A program made the translations under genes and the position numbers. Positions 42,362 through 50,844 of a stretch of DNA of 64,000 bases are shown here, piece after piece; within the stretch, counting starts at the first letter, position 1, and each line of letters starts with the position of its first letter. Where the stretch lies: contig JBAZCA010000002.1 of assembly GCA_041671125.1 (NCBI GenBank), positions 137,529-201,528 of the forward strand, written 5' to 3'. The DNA comes from Patescibacteria group bacterium (lineage in GTDB: Bacteria > Patescibacteriota > Patescibacteriia > Patescibacteriales > JBAZCA01). The notes under the pieces were generated by a model. The model worked only from the letters and a program-made list of their open reading frames with translations. It ran no database searches and was not told the origin of the DNA.

Positions 42362-43936
42362 ATGCCGGAATCAAATCCTAAAAACAGCGTCCGTCTCCGT
42401 TTCGCGCCATCGCCAACCGGCTTTCTCCACATCGGCAGTTTAAGGACCGCGCTTTTTGATTATGTTATCGCTAAAAAACTCGGCGGCAAATTAATTTTGA
42501 GGATTGAAGACACTGACCAGAAAAGGGAAGTGCCGGGTGCCGTTGAAAGCCTCGTAAAAATCCTTAACTGGATTGGAATTGAATTTGACGAAGGTCCACA
42601 CGCTGGCGGCGATTACGACCCTTACACACAAACCGAGCGGCTGGATATTTATAAGAAATACGAGGAAGAATTAGTGAAAAAAGGCGGAGCTTATTATTGT
42701 TTTTGCTCGCCGGAACGGCTGGAAGAATTAAGGAATAAACAGCAAGCTGAAAAAAGGGCTCCGCGTTACGACCGGCATTGCCGCGAAATGAAGGCGGAAG
42801 AAGTAAACGAAAGAATCGCGGCCGGAGAAAGATACGTCATCCGGCAGAAAATGCCTTTGGAAGGAAAAATCTTAGTACACGATGAACTTAGGGGCGACAT
42901 TGAGTTTGACGCGAACGAGCTGGAAGACCATGTCCTCGTAAAATCCAACGCTATTCCGACCTACCAGTTCGCGTCGGTCGTTGATGATCACCTGATGGAA
43001 ATTTCCCATGTTGTCCGGGGCGAAGAATGGCTGCCGTCTTTCCCAAAAAACATTTTACTCTACCAATCGTTCGGCTGGACGCCGCCGAAATTCGTCCATC
43101 TCGCCCTTACCTTAAACAAAGGCGGCGGCAAGCTAAGTAAGCGCCAGGGAGACGTAGCGGTTGAAGATTACCGCGCCAAAGGCTATCTACCCGAAGCCTT
43201 GATTAATTTTTGTATATTGCAGGGCTGGCACCCGAAAGGCGATAATGAAGTCCTGACCCTGGATGAAATAATTGAAAAATTTGAAATTAAAGACATGGGA
43301 ACGAGCCCAGCGGTTTTTGATATTGAAAAACTGGATTATTTTAACGGCTATTATATCCGGCAAAAGCCTTTAGACGAGTTAACAAAATTATGCGTTCCAT
43401 ATTTAGTTGAGGCGGGAATGATAAATTCTCATAACTCGCAACCCATAACTCATAACGCCCAACCGATAAACCCGGATTCTCAATTTAAAACCAAGGGCGA
43501 AAGAATCGTTAACCTGGCTTTCCTGAAAGATGTAATCGCGCTGGAGCAGGAGCGGATGAAAAAATTATCGGAAATTATCGTACTGACCGAATTTTTCTTC
43601 TTGGATAAACTGGAATATGATCCGGAACTTTTAGTCTGGAAAAAAATGAAAAAAGAAGACGTCCAGCCGAAACTTAAGGAAATTTCGAAAGTTTTGGAGA
43701 GAATCCCGGAAAATTTCTGGACCAACGATTCCATAGAAGAAGCGATAAAATCCCATATTGAAGCGAAAAACGGCCAGATGGGCGAATATCTCTGGCCCCT
43801 GCGCGTCGCCTTAACCGGCCTTAAAGCCTCGCCCCCGCCCTTTGATATTGCCGAGGTTTTAGGGAAAGAGGAAAGTATAAAGAGAGTTAAGCAGGCGATT
43901 AATAAAGAATGGTTGATTTATGAAGTACAGAGCTGA
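42362..43936 (+). CDS. gltX: Glutamate--tRNA ligase
   Basis: RFAPSPTGFLHIGSLRTALF (HIGH) and KLSKRQG (KMSKS). Contains a low-complexity insertion (see findings). Confidence 0.95.
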   Translation: MPESNPKNSVRLRFAPSPTGFLHIGSLRTALFDYVIAKKLGGKLILRIEDTDQKREVPGAVESLVKILNWIGIEFDEGPHAGGDYDPYTQTERLDIYKKYEEELVKKGGAYYCFCSPERLEELRNKQQAEKRAPRYDRHCREMKAEEVNERIAAGERYVIRQKMPLEGKILVHDELRGDIEFDANELEDHVLVKSNAIPTYQFASVVDDHLMEISHVVRGEEWLPSFPKNILLYQSFGWTPPKFVHLALTLNKGGGKLSKRQGDVAVEDYRAKGYLPEALINFCILQGWHPKGDNEVLTLDEIIEKFEIKDMGTSPAVFDIEKLDYFNGYYIRQKPLDELTKLCVPYLVEAGMINSHNSQPITHNAQPINPDSQFKTKGERIVNLAFLKDVIALEQERMKKLSEIIVLTEFFFLDKLEYDPELLVWKKMKKEDVQPKLKEISKVLERIPENFWTNDSIEEAIKSHIEAKNGQMGEYLWPLRVALTGLKASPPPFDIAEVLGKEESIKRVKQAINKEWLIYEVQS

Positions 43937-43965
43937 TAACTTATTTAAAAAATAAAATAACGGTT

Positions 43966-44253
43966 ATGGAAAATGAATCAAAAATATTTGAATCAAGTGC
44001 TGTGGAAGCGCTTGAAAATAAAAAACAAATTGCTTTAGAAAAAATTATCGGCGAACATGTGCGGACTGCCAAGGAGGCGTTAGATAGGGTGCAAGGGGCT
44101 CTTGTATTTTTTAAATTAGGGCTGGAATTGGGGAGGGAAAATCCCGAAATTGCCGAAAAAATAATTTCCGAAATATTTGAGGAATTGCGTATTCAAGAAG
44201 TGGGAGGCCAAAAGACACTGGGTGGAATGAGACGGTCAATAATAGATGAATAG
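43966..44253 (+). CDS. Hypothetical protein
   Basis: Intact 95-codon ORF, helical/charged, with no motif. Confidence 0.35.
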   Translation: MENESKIFESSAVEALENKKQIALEKIIGEHVRTAKEALDRVQGALVFFKLGLELGRENPEIAEKIISEIFEELRIQEVGGQKTLGGMRRSIIDE

Positions 44254-44343
44254 GCGAATCTATTTAATAAGTTTATTTTTCAAATGCGTAAGTCCTAAAG
44301 TTTTATAATTTACTATGCCAACCTACATCTTTTAGCGGAGTAT

Positions 44344-44372
44344 TTGACTAATTTTTTCTCTTTAGCTAATAT
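44344..44372 (+). promoter_or_regulatory. Probable sigma70-type promoter of hicB
   Basis: TTGACT, a 17-nt spacer, then TAATAT, 25 nt upstream of ATG 44397. Confidence 0.55.
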
Positions 44373-44396
44373 TAAAACATAAAAATAGCTTAGTAT

Positions 44397-44615
44397 ATGC
44401 GCAAAATTGATCTAAAAAACGTGGTTTGGAAAGAAGGGAAGTATTACGTTTCCTGGAACTTAAATACCGGCATTTCCAGTTTTGGCGACTCAAGGAAGGA
44501 AGCTTTAGAGAGTCTTAAGGAGGCACTGGAACTCTATTTTGAAGATATGCCGGTTTCAAAAATCGCTAAAGTGGAACGGCCGTTTCTCGCGCCGCTTCTT
44601 TTTAAGCATGCCTAG
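44397..44615 (+). CDS. hicB: HicB-like antitoxin (UPF0150 N-domain only)
   Basis: VVWKEGKYYVSWNLNTGISSFGDSRKEALESLKEALELYFED matches the HicB/UPF0150 pattern. Overlaps the hicA-like ORF. Confidence 0.7.
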   Translation: MRKIDLKNVVWKEGKYYVSWNLNTGISSFGDSRKEALESLKEALELYFEDMPVSKIAKVERPFLAPLLFKHA

Positions 44616-44832
44616 GCCGATCAAGCTAAGATTAATTATCAAAGTCCTTAACGAAAAGGGCTTCTTTTTTGTTTGCCAAAAAGGTTCGCACGCTAAGTTC
44701 AGGAAGTAGGGCAACCCGGCTAAAACCGTAATCGTGAAAATGGGCAAAAAGGAGGTGCCGCATGGAACTTTTCAGTCAATCTTACTCCAGTCCGGTCTGA
44801 AAGAACGCGATTTCAGGGAAGAAGTTAAATAA
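44608..44832 (+). pseudogene. hicA: hicA-like toxin gene interrupted by an in-frame TAG (44707-44709)
   Basis: MPRPIKLRLIIKVLNEKGFFFVCQKGSHAKFRK*GNPAKTVIVKMGKKEVPHGTFQSILLQSGL: the HicA pattern (..GSH..f......tv......l..Gt..sIl.q.Gl) is continuous across the stop. Confidence 0.7.
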
Positions 44833-45028
44833 CTTTAAAATATCCATTATGCATTATCCAATATTTATTTTACCGGCAAAAAGCCGTACCGGACATTGCT
44901 ATTCCGATCATTAGATTATAATACCTTAATATTCGCCCTGATAATCGCGCTGTTCTACTTTTAGCACCATCTATAAGTCATCCACCAAGGCCGTTGATTT
45001 CCTCGCTATTTTAAGCTAAAATAAAAAC

Positions 45029-45295
45029 ATGCTTTACCAAACAATTGGCTACCTGGCCGCGTTTTTTATTACCATTAGTTTCATTCCTCAGGTAATAAAA
45101 TCCTATAAAACCAAAAAGGTTGAAGATGTATCTATCGGCTTAATTATTACGACCCTTATCGGCACTGTTCTTTGGTGGTTTTACGGGTTAATACTAAAAG
45201 ACGGTCCGCTTTTAGTCTATAATACTATTCTGGGAATCGTCGTAATTTGCCAATTGCGTTTAAAAATTAAATATGGACGAAACAAACTTTCATAA
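45029..45295 (+). CDS. SemiSWEET / PQ-loop sugar transporter (3-TM half-unit)
   Basis: 88 aa with three TM helices. IGYLAAFFITISFIPQVIKSYKTK carries the PQ motif and closely follows known bacterial SemiSWEETs. Confidence 0.85.
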   Translation: MLYQTIGYLAAFFITISFIPQVIKSYKTKKVEDVSIGLIITTLIGTVLWWFYGLILKDGPLLVYNTILGIVVICQLRLKIKYGRNKLS

Positions 45296-46187
45296 AGAAC
45301 TCTTAGACCATATAGAGCTTCTGGAAAAACATTTTCCGGGGATAGGGATCTGCTGTTTTGGCATGTCTTTGGACGACGCCATCGGGATTTTTAATACAAC
45401 CTCCATCCCGATGCAATTTAAACCTAAGTCAATCGCGGACATGAAAAAAATTTTCGCCGGAATAAAAGAAAACGGCGAACGGGCAAGCATCCATCTTCCT
45501 AATTTGCGTTTTGACGAGAATGGCAATATTTTAAGGAAAGAAGAACTGCTTTTAATGCTTAGCGAAAAAACTCCGGCCGGGCTGGATATAATTACGATCC
45601 ATCTCGGCTGGAAAGACGTTGACGCCGTTTTGGACGCCCGCTGGAATTGGAAAAATACGGAGCTGGCCGTTAAAATCAAAAATGAACTATTGGAAGTAGT
45701 CACGACCGGAATTGAATCAGGAAAAACCATGACCCTGGAAAATTTAAGGTACAAGCCCTGGAAGCACCAGTTCCGCGAGCTTTTCAGCTCCCGAAGCGAA
45801 CACCTTATCGCCGCCCGAAAAACACTTTGTGAAACCCTTGCCGAAAAAACCGGCCGCCCGGTTGAAGAAATTACCGCTAAGACCGGATTTACGCTGGACG
45901 CCGGACACGCGTCAGGCAACGCTCACCTTAATGAAAAATATACTTTAGAATTTTGGCTAAAAACCCTTGGCAAAAACATAAAAATTATCCATCTTCATGA
46001 CATGCGGCCGGAAGATGATGATGGCGCGAAAATTGAGCAGACTCATACGCCGATCGGCGAGGGAATCGTTGACTGGAAAAAATTTTTCGCGGCCAAAGAT
46101 AAATATTGCCCGGACGCGCCGATGGTTATTGAGCTTCCGGAAGACGATACCATTAAGTCCATTGAGTACTTAGTAACGCTAAAATAA
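45273..46187 (+). CDS. Xylose-isomerase-like TIM-barrel (sugar-phosphate isomerase/epimerase family) protein
   Basis: IHLPN...ITIHLG...LEN...DAGHA...IIHLHD...HTPIGEGIVDW pattern. Overlaps the SemiSWEET gene by 23 nt. Confidence 0.55.
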   Translation: MDETNFHKELLDHIELLEKHFPGIGICCFGMSLDDAIGIFNTTSIPMQFKPKSIADMKKIFAGIKENGERASIHLPNLRFDENGNILRKEELLLMLSEKTPAGLDIITIHLGWKDVDAVLDARWNWKNTELAVKIKNELLEVVTTGIESGKTMTLENLRYKPWKHQFRELFSSRSEHLIAARKTLCETLAEKTGRPVEEITAKTGFTLDAGHASGNAHLNEKYTLEFWLKTLGKNIKIIHLHDMRPEDDDGAKIEQTHTPIGEGIVDWKKFFAAKDKYCPDAPMVIELPEDDTIKSIEYLVTLK

Positions 46188-46218
46188 TTTATGCAATCCC
46201 GCCCCGAATAACCCTTTT

Positions 46219-46368
46219 GTCATCCTGACGACCGCAGGGAGGAAGGATCTACGGACATAATAATCAAGCTATGGGTTAATTTTTAGATTGATTTTATCTA
46301 GAGAATTACCCCTGGATTAATTACCGCATTTGCAGATCCTTCCCCCGAAGACTCGGGGTCAGGATGAC
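46219..46368. repeat. Inverted-repeat element, long form (150 bp), opposite orientation to the 16413/19011 copies
   Basis: The left arm GTCATCCTGACGACCGCAGGGAGGAAGGATC is the reverse complement of the right arm of the 16413 copy. The 85-nt AT-rich core shares TTTAGATTG with the 19011 copy. Confidence 0.85.
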
Positions 46369-46451
46369 AAAGAAATTAGTGGTTGCCAGAGTGGCAAAAT
46401 GTGTTTATTAATCAAACGAGCAAGTTCTATAAAAAATTTTGACAGAAAATT

Positions 46452-47204
46452 ATGCAAATTGATTTAAAAGGGAAAAACATTTTAGTTACGGGCGCGAGCG
46501 GAGGGATAGGGAAGGCGATTACCGAAACGCTTGGCCAGGCCGGCGCCCGGGTGGCGGTTCATTTTTATAACGGGGAAGAGGGAGCTTCCAGGCTGGCGGA
46601 AACGGCCGGAAACGGAGCGAAAACTTTTCAGGCCAACCTGGAATCGCCTGAGGAATGTAAAAAACTTTTTAAAAGCGTAGTAAATGATTTTGGCGGCCTG
46701 GATGTTCTTATAAATAACGCCGGCGCCATGATTATGGCCGGTTTAAAAGATGATGATTGGCTGGAAAAGTGGGATCGGATAATGGCCATAAACTTAAGAT
46801 CAGCCGGCATTCTAACACGTCTCGCAGTCTTGCACTTTAAAGAAAGGGGCGGAGGAAGAATAATAAATATCGCCTCGCGCGCGGCCTTCCGCGGCGATAC
46901 CCCGGAATTTTTAGCCTACGCTGCTTCTAAGGGCGGCATGGTGGCTTTAAGCCGTTCAATCGCCAGGGGTTTTGGCAAAGACGGCATTAAATCATTCATT
47001 ATCGCCCCGGGCTGGGTGCGGACTGACGCGACTAAAGAATCTATTGAAGAGTATGGGGAAGAAAATATTGCCGGCGATATCGCCCTTGATCGCCTTACTG
47101 AACCCCGCGATATAGCGCCCTTAGTCGCGTTTTTAGCGAGCGGTCTCGCTGACCATTCAACCGGCGGAACCTTTGACGTCAACGCCGGGAGTTACGTGCA
47201 TTAA
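46452..47204 (+). CDS. Short-chain dehydrogenase/reductase (FabG-like)
   Basis: TGASGGIGKA, NNAG, and the catalytic YAASKGG (YxxxK). Confidence 0.9.
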   Translation: MQIDLKGKNILVTGASGGIGKAITETLGQAGARVAVHFYNGEEGASRLAETAGNGAKTFQANLESPEECKKLFKSVVNDFGGLDVLINNAGAMIMAGLKDDDWLEKWDRIMAINLRSAGILTRLAVLHFKERGGGRIINIASRAAFRGDTPEFLAYAASKGGMVALSRSIARGFGKDGIKSFIIAPGWVRTDATKESIEEYGEENIAGDIALDRLTEPRDIAPLVAFLASGLADHSTGGTFDVNAGSYVH

Positions 47205-47242
47205 TAAAATAAAGGGCAAAATAATTTACTAACAAAAAATTT

Positions 47243-47617
47243 ATGGAAGATAAAAGGTCAGAAAAATTATTAAATATTCCCGCGAAAGAACAAGCGGAAA
47301 TAAAAAGAAAAAATTGGGATGAATTCGTTGATTCATTACAATTTATAAAAAACAGCATATTTCAGAGAGCAAAAAAATTTAATGTCGGCGGACAAAACGG
47401 CATGCTTTGGCTTAATGATCAATATATTAAATTTACTGAAAAAGTAAAAAAAGCTATTCCTGATCATGAAAAATATGCCGGATATCACATATTCGGAAGC
47501 ACGCCCGAATATAGCAGGTCTCCACACCTAGATCTTCCCGGCGAATATTCGGCCGTAACTTTTTTTGAAAATTTAGAAAGGGAATTGGACGAACTTGAGA
47601 AAGGGAAACAAGAGTAA
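47243..47617 (+). CDS. Hypothetical protein
   Basis: Intact 124-codon ORF with no motif. Confidence 0.4.
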   Translation: MEDKRSEKLLNIPAKEQAEIKRKNWDEFVDSLQFIKNSIFQRAKKFNVGGQNGMLWLNDQYIKFTEKVKKAIPDHEKYAGYHIFGSTPEYSRSPHLDLPGEYSAVTFFENLERELDELEKGKQE

Positions 47618-47682
47618 TTTTGAATCCGAATTTTTCGCGTAATAACCTGAGTTTTAAAGTTGATTTTTAAAAGTTAAAAATA

Positions 47683-48429
47683 ATGTCTTACGGTTATGTT
47701 CAAGTTAAGTCGCACATAAAAGCCTGTAAGCGGCTGGATAAAATTATTGGCGAGGTTTTTAAATACCTGAAAGCTAATAAATCCTGCTCCGAACATGAAG
47801 TCCAGCAATTCATATTGAAACGCTTTGGTCATTATCAGCTGGAAACGGATAAAGACCGGACGCCGATAGTCGCTTTCGGGAAAAACACAGCCGACATCCA
47901 TCATTACCCGGCGAAAAAATCGTCAAAACGCCTGAAACCCGATTCGCTTATCATGATTGACATCTGGGCGAGGCTGGATAAAAAAGGTGCAGTTTTTAGC
48001 GATATCACCTGGATGGCCTGGTACGGGAAAAAAATTCCGGCTGAAGTCATGAAAGTTTATGATCTGGTAATTTCTGCCCGGGACAACGCACTGAAATATA
48101 TTAAACTAAACCTGAAGAACAAAAAATTTCCCCAAGGCAGGGAAACTGATTTAACGGCCCGGAATATAATCGCCCGCGACGGGCACGCTAAACGCTTTCT
48201 CCATACTACCGGCCACAGCCTCGGTTTAAACCATCCGCATGGCGTTTACAAAGGCATAAGGACTGATAACCGACGGCCGCTTAAAATAAACATCCCTTAC
48301 ACGATTGAACCCGGAGTATACCTGAAAAATGAATTCGGCGTCCGGAGCGAAATAAATTTTTATATTACATCTTCTTTGCGGCTAAAAATCACGACAAAAA
48401 GGCAGAAAAATATGGTTTTACTCGGATAA
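47683..48429 (+). CDS. M24-family metallopeptidase-like protein (catalytic pita-bread domain only)
   Basis: IMIDIWARLD..., HTTGHSLGLNHPHG and YTIEPGVY resemble creatinase/prolidase-fold metal-site motifs. Confidence 0.6.
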   Translation: MSYGYVQVKSHIKACKRLDKIIGEVFKYLKANKSCSEHEVQQFILKRFGHYQLETDKDRTPIVAFGKNTADIHHYPAKKSSKRLKPDSLIMIDIWARLDKKGAVFSDITWMAWYGKKIPAEVMKVYDLVISARDNALKYIKLNLKNKKFPQGRETDLTARNIIARDGHAKRFLHTTGHSLGLNHPHGVYKGIRTDNRRPLKINIPYTIEPGVYLKNEFGVRSEINFYITSSLRLKITTKRQKNMVLLG

Positions 48430-48498
48430 TGTTTTATGATATAATTATAAATAATCAGCAATTAATTCAAATTCCTATTTGGATTATTTTTTAAAATT

Positions 48499-49533
48499 AT
48501 GGGAAACGCAAAAAAAACTAAATTGAACGTTGCCATTAACGGCTTTGGGAGAATCGGCCGGGCGGCTTTTAAAGCCATGATTGAACGGCACCCGGAAATA
48601 AATATTGCCGCCATCAACAACCTGGCCGACCCGAAAACGACGGCGCATCTTTTTAAATATGACAGCTGTTACGGCGCTTATCCGGAAGCGGTGAGTTGCA
48701 CAGACAAAAGCCTCGTTGTCGCGGGAAAGGAATACAGGCTTCTAGCCGAAAAAAATCCGGCTAATCTCCCTTGGAAAGAGCTGGGAATAGATATTGTCAT
48801 TGAATCAACCGGCATCTTCCGGGATTTAGTTGGCGCTTCCGAGCACATCAAGGCCGGAGCGAAAAAAGTTATAATTTCCGCCCCGGCTAAAGACGACACG
48901 ATAAAAAACATCGTATTAGGCGTCAACCAGGAAGAACTGAAAAAAGAAGATGAAATAATTTCTATGGCCTCCTGCACTACTAATTGCCTCGCGCCGGTTA
49001 CGGACGTGATAAAAAATAATTTTGGCATAAAAAAGGCGATCATGACGACCATCCACGCTTATACTTCCGACCAAAACCTTATTGACAATCCGCACAAGGA
49101 TTTAAGAAGGGCTCGGGCGGCGGCTCTTAATATGATTCCGACGACGACCGGCGCGGCCCGGGCCGTTGCCAAAGCTATCCCGGAAATCGCGGGAAAATTT
49201 GACGGCATGGCGATCCGCGTTCCCACCCCGGTTGTTTCTATTTCCGACGTGGTTTTTCTGACTGAAAAAAAAGTTACTGCCGAGGAAGTAAATAGCGCCC
49301 TTAAGAAAGCTTCGAAAGAACCAAAATACAAAAACATTCTCGGCGTTACTGATGAACCGGTTGTTTCAACGGATCTTCAAAGAAATTCCCACAGCGCCAT
49401 CGTTGACCTTTCCTTAACCAAAGTCGTAGATAATGACCTCTTAAAAATTATTGCCTGGTATGATAATGAATGGGGTTATTCCTGCCGCTTGGGCGACCTT
49501 TGCGGTTATATAGCGGAAAACAACCTGGTTTAA
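48499..49533 (+). CDS. gap: Glyceraldehyde-3-phosphate dehydrogenase
   Basis: INGFGRIGR; the catalytic SCTTNCLAP; WYDNEWGYS. Confidence 0.95.
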   Translation: MGNAKKTKLNVAINGFGRIGRAAFKAMIERHPEINIAAINNLADPKTTAHLFKYDSCYGAYPEAVSCTDKSLVVAGKEYRLLAEKNPANLPWKELGIDIVIESTGIFRDLVGASEHIKAGAKKVIISAPAKDDTIKNIVLGVNQEELKKEDEIISMASCTTNCLAPVTDVIKNNFGIKKAIMTTIHAYTSDQNLIDNPHKDLRRARAAALNMIPTTTGAARAVAKAIPEIAGKFDGMAIRVPTPVVSISDVVFLTEKKVTAEEVNSALKKASKEPKYKNILGVTDEPVVSTDLQRNSHSAIVDLSLTKVVDNDLLKIIAWYDNEWGYSCRLGDLCGYIAENNLV

Positions 49534-49556
49534 TTAATAAACAGGCTGACCCTTTT

Positions 49557-49706
49557 AATTCCCCTCCTCGGAGGGGTGAGCCGGTTTTACCGGCTCGGGG
49601 TGGGTTGGAATGACGGATTTCCGTCCGTTACCCTCCTGAAGCCAAAACAAATATCCGCCATCCCTACACACCCCGGCCTTCGGCCACCCCTCTCAAGAGG
49701 GGAATT
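49557..49706. repeat. 150-bp composite hairpin element bounded by AATTCCCCTC..GAGGGGTG / CACCCCTC..GAGGGGAATT
   Basis: The two ends are near reverse complements of each other and each is itself a hairpin. Internal hairpins: GAGCCGGTTTTACCGGCTC, GACGGATTTCCGTC, CCGGCCTTCGGCC. Confidence 0.65.
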
Positions 49707-49737
49707 GCTAACTATAAAATCTCCAAAAACAACAATC

Positions 49738-50841
49738 ATGAATAACATAATTAGCAAATTAAAGCATGCCGGCCTGATCGGCCGGGGAGGCGCCTGCTTT
49801 CCGGTTTGGCAAAAATGGTCCGCCGTTGCCAAGGCTATGGCGGATAAAAAAGGCTCTGAGAATAAATGCTTCGTGATCTGTAACGCGTCCGAAGGCGAAC
49901 CGGACGTAAAAAAAGACTTTTACATCCTGAAAAAACATCCAGAAAAAGTAATCGCCGGCATGCTCGCGGCTATGGCTTACCTGGGATCTAAGCGGGGCTA
50001 TCTCTATATTAAGGCCGACTACTACCGTCTGCTTAAGGCAAAGCTGGAAAAAGCCGCGGCTGACACGCCGATTGAAGTACTAATTAAGCCCCGCGAAGCC
50101 GGCTATATCGGCGGGGAAGAATCGTCAATATTAAACGCCATTGAAGGCAAAAGGATTGAGCCGCGCCTTAAGCCGCCTTTTCCTTTTGAAAAAGGGTTGT
50201 TTGGACTGCCGACGCTTTTGAATAATGTTGAAACGTTCTATAACGTTGCTTTAGTGCTGAAAGGAACTTATCGCCCCGATCGCTTCGTTACGATCATTGA
50301 ACAGTCGCCCAAGCCGTCGTTTAAGGCTTTTGCCCGACTGAGAAAAATAATTGAAAGGGAGGTTTTTTTATTTCCCAAAGACTGGACAGTAGAAAAAATA
50401 CTGAAAAAATCCGGCCGCCTGCCATCGTACAAATTTTTTGTACAGCTGGGCGGAGGCGCGAGCGGAATAGTCCTTAATTCCGCCCAGCTTAAAAATCCGC
50501 TCTCCGGGTCCGGATCAATTACGATCTACAGCCTTGAGGCTCATGATCCTATAGAAACCGTAAAGCGCTGGATAGACTTTTTTTGCGGAGAATCCTGCGG
50601 AAAATGCGTCCCTTGCCGGGAAGGCACTTTCCGCGTTAAAGAACAGCTGGAAAAAAAAGATACTGACTGGCCGCTCGTCAAGGAAATATTAGACAACCTT
50701 AAAGAAACGTCCTTTTGCGGTCTCGGCTGTTCGGCGCCGATCGCTATAACCAGTTATTTTAATAATGTTTTTCCCCTGGTCTCAGATAAAGATTACGGGC
50801 TCGGGAACCGGCTTAAAACGGTTTGCGAATGTTTTTCATAA
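49738..50841 (+). CDS. NuoF-like NADH-binding/FMN/4Fe-4S subunit (hydrogenase diaphorase-type)
   Basis: GRGGACFPVWQKW, CNASEGEPDVKKD, ESCGKCVPCREGT, SFCGLG. The ORF-track N-terminal extension is a translation of the repeat at 49557. Confidence 0.85.
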   Translation: MNNIISKLKHAGLIGRGGACFPVWQKWSAVAKAMADKKGSENKCFVICNASEGEPDVKKDFYILKKHPEKVIAGMLAAMAYLGSKRGYLYIKADYYRLLKAKLEKAAADTPIEVLIKPREAGYIGGEESSILNAIEGKRIEPRLKPPFPFEKGLFGLPTLLNNVETFYNVALVLKGTYRPDRFVTIIEQSPKPSFKAFARLRKIIEREVFLFPKDWTVEKILKKSGRLPSYKFFVQLGGGASGIVLNSAQLKNPLSGSGSITIYSLEAHDPIETVKRWIDFFCGESCGKCVPCREGTFRVKEQLEKKDTDWPLVKEILDNLKETSFCGLGCSAPIAITSYFNNVFPLVSDKDYGLGNRLKTVCECFS

Positions 50842-50844
50842 CTT

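Noticed and set aside
44707-44709. TAG in hicA as a recoded sense codon or alternative genetic code
   Set aside because: TAG terminates well-conserved genes in the same window: eno at 22824-22826, hicB itself and the 10413 permease. TGA also functions as a stop (609-611), so a standard code with a nonsense mutation is more parsimonious.
45290-45919. 209-aa minus-strand ORF antisense to the TIM-barrel gene. Similar long antisense ORFs occur at 53172-53648, 51897-52394, 34274-34702 and 48678-49052.
   Set aside because: These are shadow ORFs fully contained within better-supported sense genes. Their composition is low-complexity Ser/Phe/Ile-rich with no motifs.
49576-49737. N-terminal 54-codon extension of the NuoF-like ORF
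   Set aside because: It is a translation of the 150-bp multi-hairpin element (PLSRGELL-type peptide). Homology to NuoF begins at MNNIISKLK (49738).
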